Assembly (NCBI GenBank): GCA_036012155.1
Contig: DASCOT010000113.1
Location: forward strand, 14,870 to 78,869
Origin: Acidobacteriota bacterium
Lineage (GTDB): Bacteria; Acidobacteriota; UBA890; WLXD01
Reading direction: 5' to 3'
Length of the DNA: 64,000 nucleotides
This document shows, in pieces, positions 59,830-64,000 of this stretch. The position numbers and the translations under genes were made by a program. Each line of letters starts with the position of its first letter. Position 1 is the stretch's first letter. Under the pieces are notes generated by a model. The model saw only the letters and a program-made list of their open reading frames with translations, did not search any database and was not told where the DNA came from.

Positions 59830-60927
59830 TTAGCGTTCTCTGCGGTAGAAGGGTGTCGTTACTATCTTGGCCGGTGTGGCCCGACCGCGTATCTCGACCG
59901 CCACCTCGGTCCCCGGGGCAGCGTGCCGTACCGTGATGTAGGCTAGCCCGATCCCCCTCTTGAGCGTCGGACTGAAGGTGCCAGAGGTCACCACTCCAAT
60001 CGATTCCCCGCCCTCATCGAGCACGCTGTAGCCGTGGCGCGGGATTCCACGACCCGTTATCTCGAGCCCCACAACCCGCTCCGCGGGTCCCGAATCCTGC
60101 TGAGCGACCAACGCCTGCCGGCCGATGAACTCTCCCTTGTCCGGCTTCACGACCCACTCGATGCCTGCTTCGATGGGGGTACGTCCGTCGTCCATATCAC
60201 TGCCGTAGAGCAGCATACCGGCCTCCAGGCGCAGCGTATCGCGGGCGCCGAGCCCTGCCGGCTGGATGCCATCGGCGCTGCCGGCCTCCATCAGCGCGTC
60301 AGCGAGTACTTCCGCAAGTCGTGGCGCCAGGTAGACCTCGAACCCATCCTCGCCGGTGTAGCCGGTGCGCGAGATGATTGCTGGCGCCCCGCCATACTCC
60401 GCCACTACAAAGTGGTAATGCCGAATCGAGGCCAGATCCAGATCAACGACTCGAGACAGAATGGTTTCGCTCCGCGGTCCCTGCAGTGCCAGTAGGGCCC
60501 ACGTCGAGCTCTCGTCCGCGACCGCCACATCGCCGTCGAGATGCGCGCCTATCCACTCGTAGTCCTTGTCCGTCGTGCCGGCATTGACGACGAGGAAATA
60601 GTCGTCATCGGCTATCCGATACACCAACAGGTCGTCGACAATCCCGCCCGATTCACGTGTCATGGCGGTGTACTGCGCCTGGCCAACTTCCAAGCTGGCG
60701 GCGTCGTTGGTGATCAGCCGTTGCAGGTTTGTGAGTGCCTCGCTTCCACTCAGCCGAATCTCGCCCATATGGCTCACGTCGAACAGGCCGGCACGCTCCC
60801 GCACCGCCGTGTGCTCGTCGACGAGACCGCTGAACTGGACGGGCATGTGCCAGCCTGCGTAGTCGACCATTTTAGCGCCCCGCCGAACGTGCCAAGCATG
60901 TAGCGGTGTCGTTCGCGGCTCGGACAA
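59830..60927 (-). CDS. gcvT: glycine cleavage system T protein (aminomethyltransferase)
   Basis: 365 aa. TPLHAWHVRRGAKMVDYAGWHMPVQF N-terminus. Apparent TTG start. Confidence 0.92.
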   Translation of the reverse strand: MSEPRTTPLHAWHVRRGAKMVDYAGWHMPVQFSGLVDEHTAVRERAGLFDVSHMGEIRLSGSEALTNLQRLITNDAASLEVGQAQYTAMTRESGGIVDDLLVYRIADDDYFLVVNAGTTDKDYEWIGAHLDGDVAVADESSTWALLALQGPRSETILSRVVDLDLASIRHYHFVVAEYGGAPAIISRTGYTGEDGFEVYLAPRLAEVLADALMEAGSADGIQPAGLGARDTLRLEAGMLLYGSDMDDGRTPIEAGIEWVVKPDKGEFIGRQALVAQQDSGPAERVVGLEITGRGIPRHGYSVLDEGGESIGVVTSGTFSPTLKRGIGLAYITVRHAAPGTEVAVEIRGRATPAKIVTTPFYRRER

Positions 60928-61076
60928 TCAACGTCCCCAGCATCGATAGAGAGGGCTCTTGAGCGCTAAGAGTCGTTAGCGCGACATCTGAAGCTACCAC
61001 AGCAGGCAGGCTCGTGGCTGCCGTCCGTGGCTTACGTCAGCCGCCACCGGAGACCATCCTGGACCAGCCGCAGCCT

Positions 61077-61673
61077 CTACCAGCGGCGACGCCAGATACC
61101 GTCGGAGTGACGGCGCCGCCAGAGCGAGAATCGGGCGGTGGCACCATAGATCCGTACGGCGACGGCGTCTCCGAACTGGTTCTGCAGATAGAGGCTGCCC
61201 GACGTCGCGGTACCATCAGCCGACAGCGACAACAGATCGCCGCGGCCGAAGGCAACGCCGTCACTTGGCGGCATTCCGCCAGCCGGCGTCCGTACTCCGT
61301 CCGGCAACCCGGCGAGCACCCCGGGGTAGTTGCTTCGTAGGTTGCGCGATGGACCGAGAGCGACATCGCGCCCGGCGCGCATATCAGCTCGCCTCAACCC
61401 GTCTCCATCCCCATCGGCAATCGGTGTCCAGGCAATCGAGCCCGCTACCGAGTCGATGGCGATGCCGCGCGACGCTCCGGCAGAGGCGGCGGCTGCACGT
61501 AGGCCCACCGCGTAGAGAACCAGCTCTTCGGCCGCGGCCTCCAATCGCCGCGCCTGGCGCCAGCGCACAAACGCTGGCGCCACCGTCTGCACGACGATGC
61601 CGAGCACGGCGAGCACGACCACCATCTCGATGATCGAGCTACCCGTGTCGGGACAGGCGCGGTTCGGGCTCAC
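61077..61673 (-). CDS. prepilin-type N-terminal cleavage/methylation domain protein (pseudopilin/minor pilin-like)
   Basis: N-terminus ...GSSIIEMVVVLAVLGIVV matches the G-F/S-T/S-L-I-E class III signal. 4-nt overlap with comEA. Confidence 0.7.
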   Translation of the reverse strand: MSPNRACPDTGSSIIEMVVVLAVLGIVVQTVAPAFVRWRQARRLEAAAEELVLYAVGLRAAAASAGASRGIAIDSVAGSIAWTPIADGDGDGLRRADMRAGRDVALGPSRNLRSNYPGVLAGLPDGVRTPAGGMPPSDGVAFGRGDLLSLSADGTATSGSLYLQNQFGDAVAVRIYGATARFSLWRRRHSDGIWRRRW

Positions 61674-62038
61674 GCCCCGGAGTCAGCCTGTGTAACGACG
61701 GTCACATAGGGACGTAGCTTCTCCAATGTCGTGACACCGATTCCGCGGATGTTCAGCAGGTCCTCGAGCCGCTCGAACGGGCCGTGCTGCTCTCGCCAAT
61801 CGAGAATGCGCCGCGCTGTCGCGAGTCCGATACCGGGTACCGTTTGCAGCTGTTCCTCATTGGCTCGGTTTACATCCACCGGCCTCAAAGGAGCCTCCTG
61901 CTGCCAGGCAGCGTCTCCTGCGGTGGCATGTTGTCGAGCCATCGACAGGCTGGATACCGCCGGTTGCTCGACCACGACGGGCGCTGACGCCGGCGCGGCG
62001 AACATCAACGCTGCGGTGCTTACCAATCCGAAGATCAT
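61670..62038 (-). CDS. comEA: ComEA-family DNA-binding competence protein (tandem helix-hairpin-helix)
   Basis: Signal peptide MIFGLVSTAALMFAAPASA. VDVNRANEEQLQTVPGIGLATARRILDWREQHGPFERLEDLLNIRGIGVTTLEKL is the ComEA HhH signature. Start set at the signal-peptide Met. Confidence 0.85.
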   Translation of the reverse strand: MIFGLVSTAALMFAAPASAPVVVEQPAVSSLSMARQHATAGDAAWQQEAPLRPVDVNRANEEQLQTVPGIGLATARRILDWREQHGPFERLEDLLNIRGIGVTTLEKLRPYVTVVTQADSGA

Positions 62039-62303
62039 GGTTCCCCCCCGAGTTGCTGTTTGGCCTCCGTGGGTACCGCTACTTCGCGATACCCGCCACC
62101 AGGAGACGGCCAACAGCTATCGGATTCCTGGTCTTGGCAGCACTGGTGGGATCGGTGCCCTACCGCCGGAAAGAGCGGCCAGAGCCCATGAAAGAAGGCG
62201 AATTCGACGCCATACGCCGTGTTTGCGCGCCTACTGGGCGCGTGCTAGCTTGCCGTTCTTCCGCCTCCGGGTCTCACTTTTTGCCGCCGGTACTCACCAA
62301 AGT

Positions 62304-63761
62304 ATGGCCAAAGATCGAGCATCTGACGATTCGTTCGTAACCGAGATCACGCCCAAGTCGGAAGACTTCTCGCGCTGGTATACGGATGTGGTCCGCCGTG
62401 CGGAGCTCGCCGACTACTCTCCGGTCAAGGGATGCATGGTCATCCGACCATACGGCTATGCCCTATGGGAGAACGCGCGCGACCTGCTCGACGCCCGTAT
62501 CAAGGCAACCGGGCATCAAAATGCCTATTTTCCGCTGCTGATCCCCGAGAGCTTCCTGCAGAAGGAGGCCGAGCACGTGGAGGGGTTCGCGCCAGAGGTT
62601 GCCTGGGTGACGCACGGGGGCGACGACGAGCTCGAAGAACGTCTTGCGATTCGGCCCACCTCCGAAGCAATCATTTGCAGCATGTACAGCAAATGGGTGC
62701 AGTCGTGGCGCGACCTGCCGGTGCTGATCAATCAATGGGCAAACATCCTGCGCTGGGAGAAGGTCACTCGATTCTTCCTCCGCACTACGGAGTTTCTCTG
62801 GCAGGAAGGGCACACTGCGCACGCCACGGCAGAAGAAGCGCAGGAGGAGACGTTGAAGATGCTCGGCGTCTATCGCGACTTCCTCGCCGAAGACCTGGCA
62901 ATCCCGACGGTCCCGGGCATCAAGACCGATCGCGAGAAGTTCGCTGGCGCCGACCGCACCTACACCGTCGAGGCGCTGATGTCGGACGGGCGAGCGCTGC
63001 AGGCTGGGACCTCGCACAATCTGGGACAGAATTTCGCCAAGGCTTTCGACATCCGATTCGAGGACCAGAACCAGGAGTTGCAGTACGCCTGGAGCACCTC
63101 GTGGGGCATGACCACTCGGACGATCGGCGCGCTGATCATGACGCACGGCGATGACTCCGGACTGCAGCTGCCGCCTCGGGTGGCGCCCTACCATGTGGTG
63201 ATCGTTCCCATCCGGGCGGGCAACTACGAAGAGGAGGTAGTACCGGCGGCCAAGGCCCTGCGCGACCTGCTCGTTACCGCCGGCTTGCGCGTCTATCTCG
63301 ACGACCGTGACGAGCACACCCCCGGCTGGAAGTACAACGAGTGGGAGATGCGCGGCGTTCCTCTACGCGCCGAGATCGGGCCGCGCGATGTCGCCAAGGG
63401 ACAGACTGTGTTGGTTCGCCGAGACACGCGTGAGAAGAGCTTCGTCCCGGTGGACCATGCTCCGTCGACTGCCGCGAGCCTGCTGGACGAGATCCAAACT
63501 TCCATGCTGGAGTCGGCACGCGCGTTCACTGCCGACAGTACCCACGAGGTCGACAACTACGACACCTTCCGCGAGATCATGTCGGGACAGCGCGGCTTCT
63601 TGAAGGTGAACTGGTGCGGTGACTCTGAGCTCGAGGCCCGCATCAAGGACGAAACTTCGGCGACCATCCGCTGCCTGCTTCTCGACGAAGATCCCACTGG
63701 ACCGTGCTTCTATAGCGGCGAGCCCGCCAAGCACGTCGCGTTGTTCGCCAAGGCCTACTGA
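62304..63761 (+). CDS. proS: proline--tRNA ligase, archaeal/eukaryote-like type (no INS editing domain, C-terminal Zn-binding domain ending in Tyr)
   Basis: 485 aa. Class II motifs (FRTTEFLWQEGHTAH...), C-terminal CGDSELEARIKDETSATIRCLLL...FAKAY. Start set at MAKDRASDD. Confidence 0.9.
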   Translation: MAKDRASDDSFVTEITPKSEDFSRWYTDVVRRAELADYSPVKGCMVIRPYGYALWENARDLLDARIKATGHQNAYFPLLIPESFLQKEAEHVEGFAPEVAWVTHGGDDELEERLAIRPTSEAIICSMYSKWVQSWRDLPVLINQWANILRWEKVTRFFLRTTEFLWQEGHTAHATAEEAQEETLKMLGVYRDFLAEDLAIPTVPGIKTDREKFAGADRTYTVEALMSDGRALQAGTSHNLGQNFAKAFDIRFEDQNQELQYAWSTSWGMTTRTIGALIMTHGDDSGLQLPPRVAPYHVVIVPIRAGNYEEEVVPAAKALRDLLVTAGLRVYLDDRDEHTPGWKYNEWEMRGVPLRAEIGPRDVAKGQTVLVRRDTREKSFVPVDHAPSTAASLLDEIQTSMLESARAFTADSTHEVDNYDTFREIMSGQRGFLKVNWCGDSELEARIKDETSATIRCLLLDEDPTGPCFYSGEPAKHVALFAKAY

Positions 63762-63762
63762 G

Positions 63763-64000
63763 TCAGGCGCGCAGCTGCGCCTCGATCTCGGCTGCCACTT
63801 CGTCCGGCGGTGCCTCGGCATCGACAACCAGATCCGCCCCCGCATAGATCGCTTCCCGCTGCTCGAACAGGCTGCGGGCAGCCAGCGGATCGGTCCATAA
63901 CGGCCTGACTCCTCGCTCATTCGATTCGGCAGCATTGACGCGACGTTGCACTTCGGCAAAGCTGCAACGCAACCACACGGAAGTTGCTGTCTGGGTCGAT
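63763..64000 (-). CDS. partial P-loop kinase C-terminus (shikimate kinase-like), 5' end beyond the window
   Basis: C-terminal segment ...RPLWTDPLAARSLFEQREAIYAGADLVVDAEAPPDEVAAEI resembles shikimate/gluconate kinase C-termini. Truncated by the window edge. Confidence 0.35.
   Translation of the reverse strand, partial: STQTATSVWLRCSFAEVQRRVNAAESNERGVRPLWTDPLAARSLFEQREAIYAGADLVVDAEAPPDEVAAEIEAQLRA

Noticed and set aside
60928-61076. Expected glycine riboswitch upstream of gcvT
   Set aside because: Reverse-complemented leader lacks ACCGAAGG/GGAGAG/CUCAGGCAAAAGGAC cores. Kept only as a low-interest finding for a formal Rfam check.
63363-63959. 198-aa minus-strand ORF
   Set aside because: Antisense/overlapping the 3' end of proS, which has unambiguous ProRS homology.
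1-64000. Search for CRISPR arrays, IS elements/transposases, integrases, tRNA or rRNA genes
   Set aside because: No direct-repeat/spacer arrays, no transposase- or integrase-like ORFs, and no intergenic region showing tRNA T-loop (GTTCGAATC) or rRNA-like features. Intergenic spaces are mostly under 150 nt.

Overview
High-GC (~68-70%) bacterial chromosomal segment with about 60 genes, densely packed and almost entirely core housekeeping. Positions 1-19867 are one co-directional minus-strand block: gpsA-plsY-cinA(C-domain)-pgpA-asnS, an APH-like sugar kinase plus NDP-sugar pyrophosphorylase pair, frr-pyrH-tsf-rpsB-rpsI-rplM, and pnp-rpsO-truB-nrnA-rbfA-DUF503-infB-nusA-rimP. After that come thrC-tatA-tatC (plus strand), recJ, accA, an unassigned ORF, dnaE, guaA, priA, udg(family 4)-coaBC-rpoZ-gmk-yicC, a cytochrome c/PQQ beta-propeller gene interrupted by an in-frame amber codon, an M20 peptidase, an SDR plus ureohydrolase pair, and a lipid A locus (DUF374 acyltransferase-msbA-lpxB). 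Divergent from lpxB is a tightly coupled polysaccharide locus of five glycosyltransferases, a WbaP-type initiating phosphoglycosyltransferase and a UDP-xylose synthase. The window ends with aroB, an Asp/Glu racemase, gcvPB-gcvPA-gcvH-gcvT, a prepilin-like gene plus comEA, an archaeal-type proS and a partial P-loop kinase. No rRNA, tRNA, CRISPR array or mobile element was recognised. The best accessory candidates are the xylose-glycan locus, the amber-interrupted quinohemoprotein-like gene, the unassigned ORF between dnaE and accA, and a few unusual leaders and intergenic motifs. No confident novel system could be asserted from sequence alone; the candidates are listed with the decisive checks.
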